A program made the translations under genes and the position numbers. From assembly GCF_024502345.1 (NCBI RefSeq), contig NZ_JALDNN010000001.1: a stretch of 64,000 nucleotides of DNA, one strand, 5' to 3'. Shown in pieces: positions 28,166-40,236 of the stretch (position 1 is its first letter; each line of letters begins with the position of its first letter). The stretch comes from Escherichia coli. GTDB lineage: Bacteria; Pseudomonadota; Gammaproteobacteria; Enterobacterales; Enterobacteriaceae. The notes under the pieces are model-generated. The model worked only from the letters and a program-made list of their open reading frames with translations. It was not told where the DNA came from and did not search any database.

Positions 28166-28885
28166 GTGAATTCACTCTATACCGCTGAAGGTGTAATGGA
28201 TAAACACTCGCTGTGGCAGCGTTATGTCCCGCTGGTGCGTCACGAAGCATTGCGCCTGCAGGTTCGACTGCCCGCGAGCGTGGAACTTGACGATCTGCTA
28301 CAGGCGGGCGGCATTGGGTTACTTAATGCCGTCGAACGCTATGACGCCCTACAAGGAACGGCATTTACAACTTACGCAGTGCAGCGTATCCGTGGCGCTA
28401 TGCTGGATGAACTTCGCAGCCGTGACTGGGTGCCGCGCAGCGTGCGTCGCAACGCGCGTGAAGTGGCACAGGCAATAGGGCAACTGGAGCAGGAACTTGG
28501 CCGCAACGCCACGGAAACTGAGGTAGCGGAACGTTTAGGGATCGATATTGCCGATTATCGCCAAATGTTGCTCGACACCAATAACAGCCAGCTCTTCTCC
28601 TACGATGAGTGGCGCGAAGAGCACGGCGATAGCATCGAACTGGTTACTGATGATCATCAGCGAGAAAACCCGCTACAACAACTGCTGGACAGTAATCTGC
28701 GCCAGCGGGTGATGGAAGCCATCGAAACGTTGCCGGAGCGCGAAAAACTGGTATTAACCCTCTATTACCAGGAAGAGCTGAATCTCAAAGAGATTGGTGC
28801 AGTGCTGGAGGTCGGGGAATCGCGGGTCAGTCAGTTACACAGCCAGGCCATTAAACGGTTACGCACTAAACTGGGTAAGTTATAA
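28166..28885 (+). CDS. fliA: Flagellar sigma factor sigma-28 FliA
   Basis: 239-aa sigma-70-family protein, MNSLYTAEGVMDKHSLWQRY... Confidence 0.95.
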   Translation: MNSLYTAEGVMDKHSLWQRYVPLVRHEALRLQVRLPASVELDDLLQAGGIGLLNAVERYDALQGTAFTTYAVQRIRGAMLDELRSRDWVPRSVRRNAREVAQAIGQLEQELGRNATETEVAERLGIDIADYRQMLLDTNNSQLFSYDEWREEHGDSIELVTDDHQRENPLQQLLDSNLRQRVMEAIETLPEREKLVLTLYYQEELNLKEIGAVLEVGESRVSQLHSQAIKRLRTKLGKL

Positions 28886-28930
28886 CGTCAGTAAATGCCG
28901 CACTTTAACTTTGACTACCAGGAGTTCTTA

Positions 28931-29482
28931 ATGATGGTGCAGCACCTGAAAAGACGGCCATTAAGCCGCTATCTTAAAGACTTTAAACACAGCCAGACCC
29001 ATTGCGCGCATTGCCGTAAATTACTCGACCGCATTACCCTCGTTCGCGACGGCAAAATAGTGAATAAAATCGAGATTTCCCGCCTGGACACGCTGCTTGA
29101 TGAAAATGGCTGGCAAGTGGAACAACAATCATGGGCGGCATTGTGCCGATTTTGCGGTGATTTACACTGCAAAACGCAGAGTGATTTTTTCGATATTATC
29201 GGCTTTAAGCAATTTCTTTTTGAGCAAACTGAAATGAGCCCAGGTACGGTGCGTGAATATGTCGTTCGTCTGCGCCGTTTGGGGAATCATCTACACGAGC
29301 AAAATATTTCCCTCGATCAGCTGCAGGACGGTTTCCTTGATGAAATCCTCGCCCCGTGGCTGCCCACCACCAGCACCAACAATTACCGCATCGCATTACG
29401 GAAGTATCAACACTATCAGCGTCAAACGTGTACCGGACTTGTGCAGAAATCCTCCAGCCTGCCTGCTTCTGATATATATTAA
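28931..29482 (+). CDS. fliZ: Regulator FliZ; start taken at MMVQHLKRRPL
   Basis: Immediately downstream of fliA; ORF track begins 12 codons earlier. Confidence 0.85.
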   Translation: MMVQHLKRRPLSRYLKDFKHSQTHCAHCRKLLDRITLVRDGKIVNKIEISRLDTLLDENGWQVEQQSWAALCRFCGDLHCKTQSDFFDIIGFKQFLFEQTEMSPGTVREYVVRLRRLGNHLHEQNISLDQLQDGFLDEILAPWLPTTSTNNYRIALRKYQHYQRQTCTGLVQKSSSLPASDIY

Positions 29483-29569
29483 ATAAGAATAAGATGTAGC
29501 GGAGTTGTTTTTGTGTTTACAAACAATGGCTCTACACTGCAAACAGACATAACAACATTCGGGGTGAAT

Positions 29570-31461
<1,892 letters not shown>

Positions 31462-31475
31462 CTCCGGGAACGCTC

Positions 31476-32144
31476 ATGCAAGAAAGTATACAACTGGTTA
31501 TTGATTCCTTGCCGTTCCTGCTGAAAGGGGCTGGGTATACGCTGCAACTCAGTATCGGCGGCATGTTTTTTGGCTTACTGCTCGGGTTTATTCTCGCGCT
31601 GATGCGCCTGTCGCCAATCTGGCCCGTGCGCTGGCTGGCGCGTTTTTATATCTCTATTTTTCGTGGTACGCCGCTCATCGCACAACTGTTTATGATCTAT
31701 TACGGCCTGCCGCAGTTTGGTATCGAATTAGATCCCATTCCGTCAGCAATGATTGGTCTGTCGCTCAACACTGCCGCCTATGCTGCCGAAACGCTGCGCG
31801 CCGCCATTTCTTCTATTGATAAAGGTCAGTGGGAAGCAGCTGCCAGTATTGGTATGACGCCATGGCAGACTATGCGTCGCGCGATTTTGCCACAGGCGGC
31901 GCGGGTGGCGTTGCCGCCGCTGTCGAACAGCTTTATCAGCCTGGTAAAGGATACGTCGCTGGCCGCGACAATCCAGGTGCCGGAGCTGTTCCGTCAAGCG
32001 CAGTTGATTACCTCGCGCACGCTGGAGGTGTTCACCATGTACCTGGCGGCTTCGCTCATCTACTGGATCATGGCGACAGTATTATCGACGTTGCAGAACC
32101 ATTTTGAGAATCAACTTAATCGCCAGGAGAGAGAACCAAAATGA
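31476..32144 (+). CDS. tcyL: Cystine ABC transporter permease TcyL (YecS)
   Basis: 222-aa polar-amino-acid ABC permease. Confidence 0.85.
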   Translation: MQESIQLVIDSLPFLLKGAGYTLQLSIGGMFFGLLLGFILALMRLSPIWPVRWLARFYISIFRGTPLIAQLFMIYYGLPQFGIELDPIPSAMIGLSLNTAAYAAETLRAAISSIDKGQWEAAASIGMTPWQTMRRAILPQAARVALPPLSNSFISLVKDTSLAATIQVPELFRQAQLITSRTLEVFTMYLAASLIYWIMATVLSTLQNHFENQLNRQEREPK

Positions 32145-32893
32145 GTGCCATTGAAGTTAAGAACCTGGTGAAAAAATTTCACGGTCAGACGGTGCTGCAC
32201 GGTATCGACCTTGAGGTAAAGCCTGGCGAAGTGGTGGCAATTATCGGTCCGAGTGGTTCCGGCAAAACCACGTTGCTACGTAGCATAAATCTGCTGGAAC
32301 AACCGGAAGCGGGAACGATCACCGTTGGCGATATCACTATTGATACTGCACGTTCATTAAGTCAGCAAAAATCGCTGATTCGCCAGTTGCGTCAGCACGT
32401 CGGGTTTGTCTTCCAGAACTTTAATTTGTTTCCGCATCGTACGGTGCTGGAAAACATTATTGAAGGGCCGGTGATCGTCAAAGGCGAACCGAAAGAAGAG
32501 GCCACGGCGCGCGCTCGCGAGCTGCTGGCGAAAGTTGGGCTGGCCGGTAAAGAAACCAGCTATCCACGTCGTTTGTCTGGCGGTCAACAGCAGCGTGTTG
32601 CGATTGCGCGTGCGCTGGCAATGCGTCCTGAGGTGATTTTGTTTGACGAGCCAACGTCAGCGCTGGATCCAGAGCTGGTGGGCGAAGTCCTGAACACAAT
32701 CCGCCAGCTGGCGCAGGAAAAGCGCACGATGGTGATTGTGACGCACGAAATGAGCTTTGCCCGGGATGTTGCGGACCGGGCGATTTTTATGGACCAGGGG
32801 CGGATAGTCGAGCAGGGGGCAGCAAAAGCGTTATTTGCCGATCCCCAGCAGCCTCGCACCCGACAGTTCCTCGAGAAGTTTCTGCTGCAATAA
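32141..32893 (+). CDS. tcyN: Cystine ABC transporter ATP-binding protein TcyN (YecC)
   Basis: Walker A GPSGSGKTT, ABC signature LSGGQQQRVAIARAL, Walker B ILFDEPTSALD. Confidence 0.9.
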   Translation: MSAIEVKNLVKKFHGQTVLHGIDLEVKPGEVVAIIGPSGSGKTTLLRSINLLEQPEAGTITVGDITIDTARSLSQQKSLIRQLRQHVGFVFQNFNLFPHRTVLENIIEGPVIVKGEPKEEATARARELLAKVGLAGKETSYPRRLSGGQQQRVAIARALAMRPEVILFDEPTSALDPELVGEVLNTIRQLAQEKRTMVIVTHEMSFARDVADRAIFMDQGRIVEQGAAKALFADPQQPRTRQFLEKFLLQ

Positions 32894-33088
32894 TAAGAAA
32901 AAATCAGCCCCGACGATTCACCTGTCGGGGCGGGACGCCATTTCAAGCGTGATAAAACTGCTTAACAAATCAGCATAACTCATTAATAACATAAGAGAAT
33001 GCGATGGCTTGCAAAAGTAATTCATTGCCTGAATAATATAAATTATATATAAATCTTATTTATGTGATAGTTTGAATTATCATTATAA

Positions 33089-33844
33089 ATGATACTCACT
33101 CTCAGGGGCGTTGCGGTTTACTATGCAGATACGGATTTTTTCAGCTGGCGTCGCACGATGCTGTTGCGTTTTCAGAGGATGGAGGCCGCAGAAGAGGTCT
33201 ACCATGAAATAGAGCTTCAGGCTCAGCAGCTGGAGTACGATTACTATTCGTTATGTGTTCGCCACCCGGTACCATTCACGCGACCTAAAGTGGCTTTCTA
33301 CACCAATTACCCTGAGTCGTGGGTTAGTTATTATCAGGCAAAAAATTTTCTCGCAATTGATCCTGTGCTGAACCCTGAAAACTTTAGTCAGGGCCATTTA
33401 ATGTGGAATGATGACTTATTCAGCGAAGCACAGCCATTATGGGAAGCCGCGCACGCACATGGTTTACGCCGCGGTGTCACTCAGTATTTAATGCTGCCAA
33501 ATCGGGCGCTGGGCTTTTTGTCCTTTTCCTGTTGCAGCACGCGCAAAATACCCATTCTTAGTGATGAACTGCAATTAAAAATGCAGTTACTGGTGCGCGA
33601 AAGTCTGATGGCTCTGATGCGCTTAAATGATGAAATAGTGATGACGCCAGAGATGAATTTCAGCAAGCGCGAAAAAGAAATTCTGAAATGGACGGCGGAA
33701 GGGAAGACATCAGCAGAGATAGCGATGATTTTGTCAATCTCTGAGAATACGGTCAATTTCCATCAGAAAAACATGCAGAAAAAAATCAATGCACCAAATA
33801 AGACCCAGGTGGCCTGTTACGCGGCCGCTACTGGCTTAATTTGA
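33089..33844 (+). CDS. sdiA: LuxR-type quorum-sensing regulator SdiA, with atypical N-terminus in this sequence
   Basis: Body matches SdiA as recalled (FFSWRRTMLLRFQRME...ACYAAATGLI); the canonical MQDKDFF start is not in frame here. Confidence 0.8.
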   Translation: MILTLRGVAVYYADTDFFSWRRTMLLRFQRMEAAEEVYHEIELQAQQLEYDYYSLCVRHPVPFTRPKVAFYTNYPESWVSYYQAKNFLAIDPVLNPENFSQGHLMWNDDLFSEAQPLWEAAHAHGLRRGVTQYLMLPNRALGFLSFSCCSTRKIPILSDELQLKMQLLVRESLMALMRLNDEIVMTPEMNFSKREKEILKWTAEGKTSAEIAMILSISENTVNFHQKNMQKKINAPNKTQVACYAAATGLI

Positions 33845-33870
33845 TCGCTTTTCTTTCTGCGTGCCAGATG

Positions 33871-33908
33871 CAAAAACCGGCTGAAAGGCACGCTCTCAGC
33901 CGGTTTTA
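33871..33908. terminator. Bidirectional intrinsic terminator between convergent sdiA and yecF
   Basis: Hairpin AAAACCGGCTGAAAGGCACGCTCTCAGCCGGTTTT with A/T runs on both sides. Confidence 0.65.
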
Positions 33909-33910
33909 TA

Positions 33911-34135
33911 TTACTGACGGTAGGCTTGTTTAATTTGCTTAACCGTTTTGGAAAATACTGCAGCCTGGGTTTCGTCTTCGATCAGCGCAAGCTGTTTTTC
34001 CATCTTTAACATCACGCGGCCCGCGTCAGCTTGTCCCATCGCCTGCAGCATCAGCGTCAGCATCGCTTTCAGGCAGGAGACTTCATTTGCCAGTTCTTGA
34101 TTATTCTCGGCAGTAGAAAAATCAGGCGTACTCAT
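33911..34135 (-). CDS. yecF: Small protein YecF (DUF2594)
   Basis: 74-aa ORF; conserved neighbour of sdiA. Confidence 0.75.
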
Positions 34136-34471
34136 TTATTTTCCTCGTCATGTTGCAATGAAAATTTGCGGTGAAAAATGTTAAGGCGGCGGAGTATACC
34201 ATAAGCTTTGCTAAAAATAGCAGTGGTTGTTTTTTGAGCGTGATATCGGCAGTGCTATAAAATACGTTAATATAATGACCAATAAATATTTTTATCATGA
34301 ATGTTTTTTGCCCGTATTGTTCGGGTTAATTAATGTTACATATTCAGCGGGCTGATTTTCATTTTTGCTGAATAAAGTCAATTTTTGTCACATTTCATCG
34401 CCGGGCTTACTGTGAAACGATCCCGGAAGCCGTTGGTGACGGGCGTGACCATAACTGTGGACAATCGAATT

Positions 34472-35528
34472 GGCTTTGTTGAATAAATCAGATTTCGGGT
34501 AAGTCTCCCCCGTAGCGGGTTGTGTTTTCAGGCAATACGCACGCTTTCAGGCATACCTGCTTTCGTCATTTTGTTCAGCGCTCGTACCAGGGCCATAGCC
34601 TCTGCAACCTGACCATCGTAGTCACGCAGTGTCAGTGAACCCCCGAACAGCTGTTTTACCCGGTACATCGCCGTTTCCGCTATCGAGCGACGGTTGTAAT
34701 CTGTTGTCCATTTCCACCGCGCATTACTCCCGGTCATTCGCTGATTAGCCACTGCACGGTTACGGTCTGCATATTCACCGGGCCAGTAACCCGCACCTTT
34801 TCGGGGAGGGATAAGCGCGCTGATTTTCTTACGCCGCAGTTCATCGTGACATAGCCGGGTATCGTAAGCGCCATCGGCGGCGGCTGACCTGATTTTCCGG
34901 TGGGTTTGCCGGATTAACCCGGGGAAGGCCTCTGAGTCCGTAACGTTGTTCAGCGACAGGTCAGCGCAGATGATTTCATGTGTTTTACTGTCAACGGCGA
35001 GATGCAGCTTACGCCAGATACGGCGGCGTTCCTGGCCATGCTTTTTGACTTTCCACTCGCCTTCACCGAAGACCTTCAGCCCGGTGGAATCAATTACCAG
35101 GTGTGCGATTTCACCCCGGGTGGGCGTTTTGAAACTGACATTAACCGACTTTGCCCGCCTGCTGACACAGCTGTAATCCGGGCAGCGTAGCGGAACGTTC
35201 ATCAGAGAAAAAATGGAATCAATAAAGCCCTGCGCAGCGCGCAGGGTCAGCCTGAATACGCGTTTAATGACCAGCACAGTCGTGATGGCAAGGTCAGAAT
35301 AGCGCTGAGGTCTGCCTCGTGAAGAAGGTGTTGCTGACTCATACCAGGCCTGAATAGCTTCATCATCCAGCCAGAAAGTTATGGAGCCACGGTTGATGAG
35401 GGCTTTATTGTAGGTGGGCCAGTTGGTGATTTTGAACTTTTGCTTTGCCACGGAACGGTCTGCGTTGTCGGGAAGATACGTGATCTGATCCTTCAACTCA
35501 GCAAAAGTTCGATTTATTCAACAAAGCC
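34472..35528 (-). mobile_element. IS903-type (IS5 family) insertion sequence, complete 1057 bp, flanked by 9-bp target-site duplication AATCGAATT
   Basis: Terminal inverted repeats GGCTTTGTTGAATAAATC at both ends; identical 9-mers at 34463-34471 and 35529-35537. Confidence 0.9.
34528..35496 (-). CDS. IS903-type DDE transposase
   Basis: ORF MKDQITYLPDNADRSVAKQKFKITNWPTYNKALINRGS... inside the IS. Confidence 0.9.
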   Translation of the reverse strand: MKDQITYLPDNADRSVAKQKFKITNWPTYNKALINRGSITFWLDDEAIQAWYESATPSSRGRPQRYSDLAITTVLVIKRVFRLTLRAAQGFIDSIFSLMNVPLRCPDYSCVSRRAKSVNVSFKTPTRGEIAHLVIDSTGLKVFGEGEWKVKKHGQERRRIWRKLHLAVDSKTHEIICADLSLNNVTDSEAFPGLIRQTHRKIRSAAADGAYDTRLCHDELRRKKISALIPPRKGAGYWPGEYADRNRAVANQRMTGSNARWKWTTDYNRRSIAETAMYRVKQLFGGSLTLRDYDGQVAEAMALVRALNKMTKAGMPESVRIA

Positions 35529-35659
35529 AATCGAATTTACAAAAACGAGAGAAAAATCGAATACCCACCATTTTTAACGTTTCAAAGTTGCAATAAAAAC
35601 CGCTAATATACGAATGACTAACTATCAGTAGCGTTATCCCTATTTCTGGAGATATTCCT

Positions 35660-36316
35660 TTGATCAACGTTCTACTTGTTGATGACCACGAACTGGTGCG
35701 CGCAGGGATACGACGCATTCTGGAAGATATAAAGGGTATAAAAGTCGTCGGTGAGGCATCGTGCGGTGAAGACGCCGTTAAGTGGTGCCGGACAAATGCC
35801 GTTGACGTGGTGCTAATGGACATGAGTATGCCGGGCATTGGCGGTCTTGAGGCGACGCGTAAAATCGCGCGTTCCACAGCTGATGTCAAAATCATCATGC
35901 TTACCGTCCATACAGAAAACCCTTTACCAGCGAAAGTCATGCAGGCCGGTGCTGCGGGCTACCTCAGCAAAGGCGCGGCTCCGCAGGAAGTCGTGAGTGC
36001 GATTCGTTCTGTCTATTCAGGGCAGCGTTACATTGCTTCTGACATCGCTCAACAAATGGCGTTAAGCCAGATCGAACCAGAAAAAACAGAAAGCCCATTT
36101 GCCAGTTTGTCTGAACGTGAATTGCAGATTATGCTGATGATCACCAAGGGCCAGAAGGTCAATGAGATCTCAGAACAGCTCAATCTCAGTCCGAAAACGG
36201 TGAACAGCTACCGCTATCGTATGTTCAGTAAACTAAACATTCATGGCGATGTTGAGCTGACTCACCTGGCAATTCGCCATGGTCTGTGTAATGCGGAGAC
36301 ATTATCAAGTCAGTGA
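35660..36316 (+). CDS. uvrY: Response regulator UvrY (BarA/UvrY two-component system, NarL/FixJ family)
   Basis: 218-aa [22 protein letters not shown]..., receiver domain plus LuxR HTH. Confidence 0.9.
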
Positions 36317-38145
36317 GTGATCAGTTTGACGCAAAAGCGTTTTTAAAAACCGTAACCAGCCAGCCAGGCGTTTATCGCATGTACGATGCTGGTGGTACGG
36401 TTATCTATGTCGGCAAAGCGAAAGACCTGAAAAAACGGCTTTCCAGCTATTTCCGTAGCAACCTCGCTTCGCGCAAAACCGAAGCGCTGGTCGCCCAGAT
36501 CCAGCAAATTGATGTAACGGTTACTCACACAGAAACCGAAGCGCTGTTGCTGGAACACAACTACATCAAACTCTATCAGCCGCGTTACAACGTTTTGCTA
36601 CGCGATGATAAATCATATCCTTTTATCTTCCTGAGTGGTGATACCCACCCGCGTCTGGCGATGCATCGTGGTGCGAAGCATGCCAAAGGTGAATATTTCG
36701 GCCCGTTCCCGAATGGCTATGCCGTACGTGAAACACTGGCGCTACTGCAAAAGATATTCCCCATTCGCCAGTGCGAAAATAGTGTTTATCGCAATCGCTC
36801 GCGTCCGTGTCTGCAATATCAGATAGGGCGCTGTCTGGGACCGTGCGTTGAAGGACTGGTGAGTGAAGAAGAATACGCTCAGCAGGTCGAGTATGTGCGC
36901 CTGTTTTTGTCTGGCAAAGATGATCAGGTGCTTACGCAACTCATTAGCCGTATGGAAACTGCCAGCCAGAATCTGGAGTTTGAAGAAGCTGCACGTATTC
37001 GCGACCAAATTCAGGCGGTGCGACGCGTCACCGAAAAACAATTCGTTTCCAATACCGGCGACGACCTCGACGTTATTGGTGTGGCGTTCGATGCGGGCAT
37101 GGCTTGTGTCCACGTATTGTTCATTCGTCAGGGCAAAGTGCTCGGCAGCCGCAGCTATTTCCCGAAAGTGCCTGGCGGTACGGAACTGAGCGAGGTGGTA
37201 GAAACCTTCGTAGGCCAGTTCTATTTACAAGGCAGCCAGATGCGCACCTTACCGGGTGAGATCCTGCTCGATTTTAATCTTAGCGATAAAACGCTGCTCG
37301 CCGATTCCCTTTCAGAACTGGCGGGACGCAAGATTAATGTTCAAACCAAACCTCGCGGCGATAGGGCGCGTTATCTGAAACTCGCGCGCACCAATGCGGC
37401 GACGGCCTTAACCAGCAAACTTTCGCAGCAATCTACCGTTCACCAGCGACTGACCGCGCTTGCCAGCGTGTTGAAATTGCCGGAAGTGAAGCGGATGGAG
37501 TGCTTTGACATCAGCCATACCATGGGCGAACAAACCGTCGCTTCCTGTGTGGTGTTTGATGCTAACGGCCCGCTGCGTGCGGAGTATCGGCGCTATAACA
37601 TTACAGGCATCACGCCGGGCGATGATTATGCGGCGATGAATCAGGTGCTGCGTCGGCGTTATGGTAAAGCCATTGACGACAGTAAGATCCCGGATGTGAT
37701 CCTTATCGACGGCGGCAAAGGCCAGCTTGCGCAGGCGAAAAATGTCTTCGCCGAACTGGATGTCTCATGGGATAAAAATCATCCACTGCTACTTGGCGTT
37801 GCCAAAGGAGCAGATCGTAAGGCTGGGCTGGAAACACTGTTCTTTGAGCCGGAAGGTGAGGGATTCAGTTTGCCGCCAGATTCTCCCGCGCTGCATGTTA
37901 TCCAGCATATTCGCGATGAATCACACGATCACGCGATTGGCGGGCACCGTAAAAAACGGGCGAAGGTCAAAAATACCAGCTCCCTGGAAACCATTGAAGG
38001 CGTCGGGCCAAAACGTCGGCAAATGTTGTTGAAATATATGGGCGGTTTGCAAGGTTTACGTAACGCCAGCGTCGAGGAAATTGCAAAAGTGCCGGGTATT
38101 TCGCAAGGTCTGGCAGAAAAGATCTTCTGGTCGTTGAAACATTGA
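36313..38145 (+). CDS. uvrC: Excinuclease ABC subunit C UvrC
   Basis: 610-aa ORF with GIY-YIG N-terminus ([23 protein letters not shown]) and C-terminal HhH. Confidence 0.9.
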
Positions 38146-38201
38146 TGTCTCTGTAGCAACATAGGGGTAATCTTACTGACAACAGATAGTTACCCGTCAT
38201 T

Positions 38202-38750
38202 ATGCAATTTAATATCCCTACGTTGCTTACACTGTTCCGTGTCATCCTTATCCCATTCTTTGTATTGGTCTTTTATCTGCCTGTCACCTGGTCGCCGTTT
38301 GCCGCCGCGCTCATTTTCTGCGTCGCGGCGGTGACTGACTGGTTCGATGGTTTTCTGGCACGCCGCTGGAACCAGAGTACCCGGTTTGGTGCTTTCCTTG
38401 ACCCTGTCGCAGATAAAGTTCTCGTGGCTATCGCCATGGTGCTGGTAACCGAGCATTATCACAGCTGGTGGGTGACCTTACCGGCAGCAACGATGATCGC
38501 CCGTGAAATTATTATTTCTGCGCTACGCGAATGGATGGCGGAGTTGGGTAAACGCAGTAGCGTGGCTGTCTCCTGGATTGGGAAAGTGAAAACCACTGCC
38601 CAGATGGTGGCGTTGGCATGGCTGCTGTGGCGTCCGAACATTTGGGTTGAGTACGCCGGTATTGCACTTTTCTTTGTGGCTGCGGTACTGACTCTGTGGT
38701 CAATGTTGCAATATTTGAGCGCTGCGCGTGCAGATTTGCTTGATCAGTGA
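38202..38750 (+). CDS. pgsA: CDP-diacylglycerol--glycerol-3-phosphate 3-phosphatidyltransferase PgsA
   Basis: 182-aa membrane protein with CDP-alcohol phosphatidyltransferase motif (DGFLAR...G...DPVADK). Confidence 0.9.
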
Positions 38751-38901
38751 TCGTTTCGGCGCAATTTTCAGCAAACGATCAAAAGTGGTGAAAAATATCG
38801 TTGACTCATCGCGCCAGGTAAGTAGAATGCAACGCATCGAACGGCGGCACTGATTGCCAGACGATAATAAAATCAAGTGATTAACTGATTGCTTGATGAA
38901 T

Positions 38902-38977
<76 letters not shown>

Positions 38978-39031
38978 GTTTAAAAGACATCGGCCTCAAG
39001 CGGATGTCTGGCTGAAAGGCCTGAAGAATTT

Positions 39032-39105
39032 GGCGCGTTAACAAAGCGGTTATGTAGCGGATTGCAAATCCGTCTAGTCCGGTTCGACTCCGGAACGCGC
39101 CTCCA
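39032..39105 (+). tRNA. cysT: tRNA-Cys (GCA anticodon)
   Basis: GGCGCGTTAACAAAGCGGTTATGTAGCGGATTGCAAATCCGTCTAGTCCGGTTCGACTCCGGAACGCGCCTCCA. Confidence 0.9.
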
Positions 39106-39117
39106 CTTTCTTCCCGA

Positions 39118-39204
39118 GCCCGGATGGTGGAATCGGTAGACACAAGGGATTTAAAATCCCTCGGCGTTCGCGCTGTGTGGGTTCAAGTCCCACTCCGGGT
39201 ACCA
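39118..39204 (+). tRNA. leuZ: tRNA-Leu (UAA anticodon), class II tRNA with long variable arm; integration site of the downstream island
   Basis: GCCCGGATGGTGGAATCGGTAGACACAAGGGATTTAAAATCCCTCGGCGTTCGCGCTGTGTGGGTTCAAGTCCCACTCCGGGTACCA. Confidence 0.9.
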
Positions 39205-39245
39205 TGGGAAACATCAGAATAATCAAAGCAATAAGCAGTGTCGTT

Positions 39246-39269
39246 AAACCACCTCCGGGTGGTTTTTTT
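39246..39269 (+). terminator. Rho-independent terminator of the glyW-cysT-leuZ operon
   Basis: AAACCACCTCCGGGTGGTTTTTTT hairpin plus T-run. Confidence 0.8.
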
Positions 39270-39445
39270 GTGCCTGAAATTCATGTCCTGTGCATATCCT
39301 GTGCTCACGGGGTGCGATGAGCTGCAATCTCCAGCCTGGCAATGACGAATCGAACGTGTCGCCTCCAGCATAGAGAACCAGGCCGCTTTGCCTGTTTTCC
39401 GGTACGCTTCCGGGAAGGGGGGCCTGCTGAGCAAGCTGTAATGCT

Positions 39446-40186
39446 CTAGCCACCCTGAGTACAAAGTTGCTTAATTCGTGCAATCACCTCATCTCTGTAC
39501 TTCTGGTGTCCGCGCATAGCCCGTGGATGGGCAATTCTGAAACAGATTGCATTACCTGTTTTGAACTCCCATAGCTTCCCCGGAATGACTGAAGAAGTCT
39601 CATAGCCGCCCAGCTCAGTAAGCACCTGTTTTATGATGTAGTCTGTTCTCCGGGCTCCAGATGCAAAGATGATGAAATCAGGCTCAAGGTGTTTAATTTG
39701 TACCGCCAGCAGCTTCAGCGAGGCTAATATGACTTCCTGCACTTCATTTTGAGGGCGATTGAGAGGGGTCAGTCCGTCGTAATCCCACGCCAGTAGATTG
39801 GCATACACGATTGCCTGGGGAAGAATATTAAGCTCCCGGGCCAGCCTGAAATGATATTGCGTGAAGCGGCTACGTGATTTGAGGTTGGTGGTGCCATCAT
39901 TTTGTACCGGAAGATGATTCCTGTAACGATCTACAGCTTCTTCAACCACCTGCCCGATGGTGACGTCAGGTATAAGTCCCAACACCCGTGATATCGTATT
40001 CTTACCATTCAGCGTATTCCAGCCTGCGGTTTCACGTCCAACCAGCATGATTTTTATCGGTGAATGCCAGTATTCTTCAAACGGCACGGGTAAAAAGACG
40101 CCTGAGTATTTATCTTCATTCAGGTTAAATGACTGGGCGTCAACTTCCTGTAATATCCGTTTGTACGCGTCTAATAGCTTTTCCAT
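39446..40186 (-). CDS. Island-encoded hypothetical protein, possibly a divergent uracil-DNA-glycosylase-superfamily protein
   Basis: 246-aa ORF between leuZ and the integrase; weak resemblance to UDG motifs (IMLVGRETAG; C-terminal IAHPRAMRG); assignment tentative. Confidence 0.45.
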   Translation of the reverse strand: MEKLLDAYKRILQEVDAQSFNLNEDKYSGVFLPVPFEEYWHSPIKIMLVGRETAGWNTLNGKNTISRVLGLIPDVTIGQVVEEAVDRYRNHLPVQNDGTTNLKSRSRFTQYHFRLARELNILPQAIVYANLLAWDYDGLTPLNRPQNEVQEVILASLKLLAVQIKHLEPDFIIFASGARRTDYIIKQVLTELGGYETSSVIPGKLWEFKTGNAICFRIAHPRAMRGHQKYRDEVIARIKQLCTQGG

Positions 40187-40236
40187 TCTTCAATCCTGCC
40201 CCGTAATAAAAACACCTTCAGATATATATTATCTCC

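Noticed and set aside
32908-32930. Hairpin CCCCGACGATTCACCTGTCGGGG after tcyN as an intrinsic terminator
   Set aside because: Stem is convincing but no T-run follows; left unannotated.
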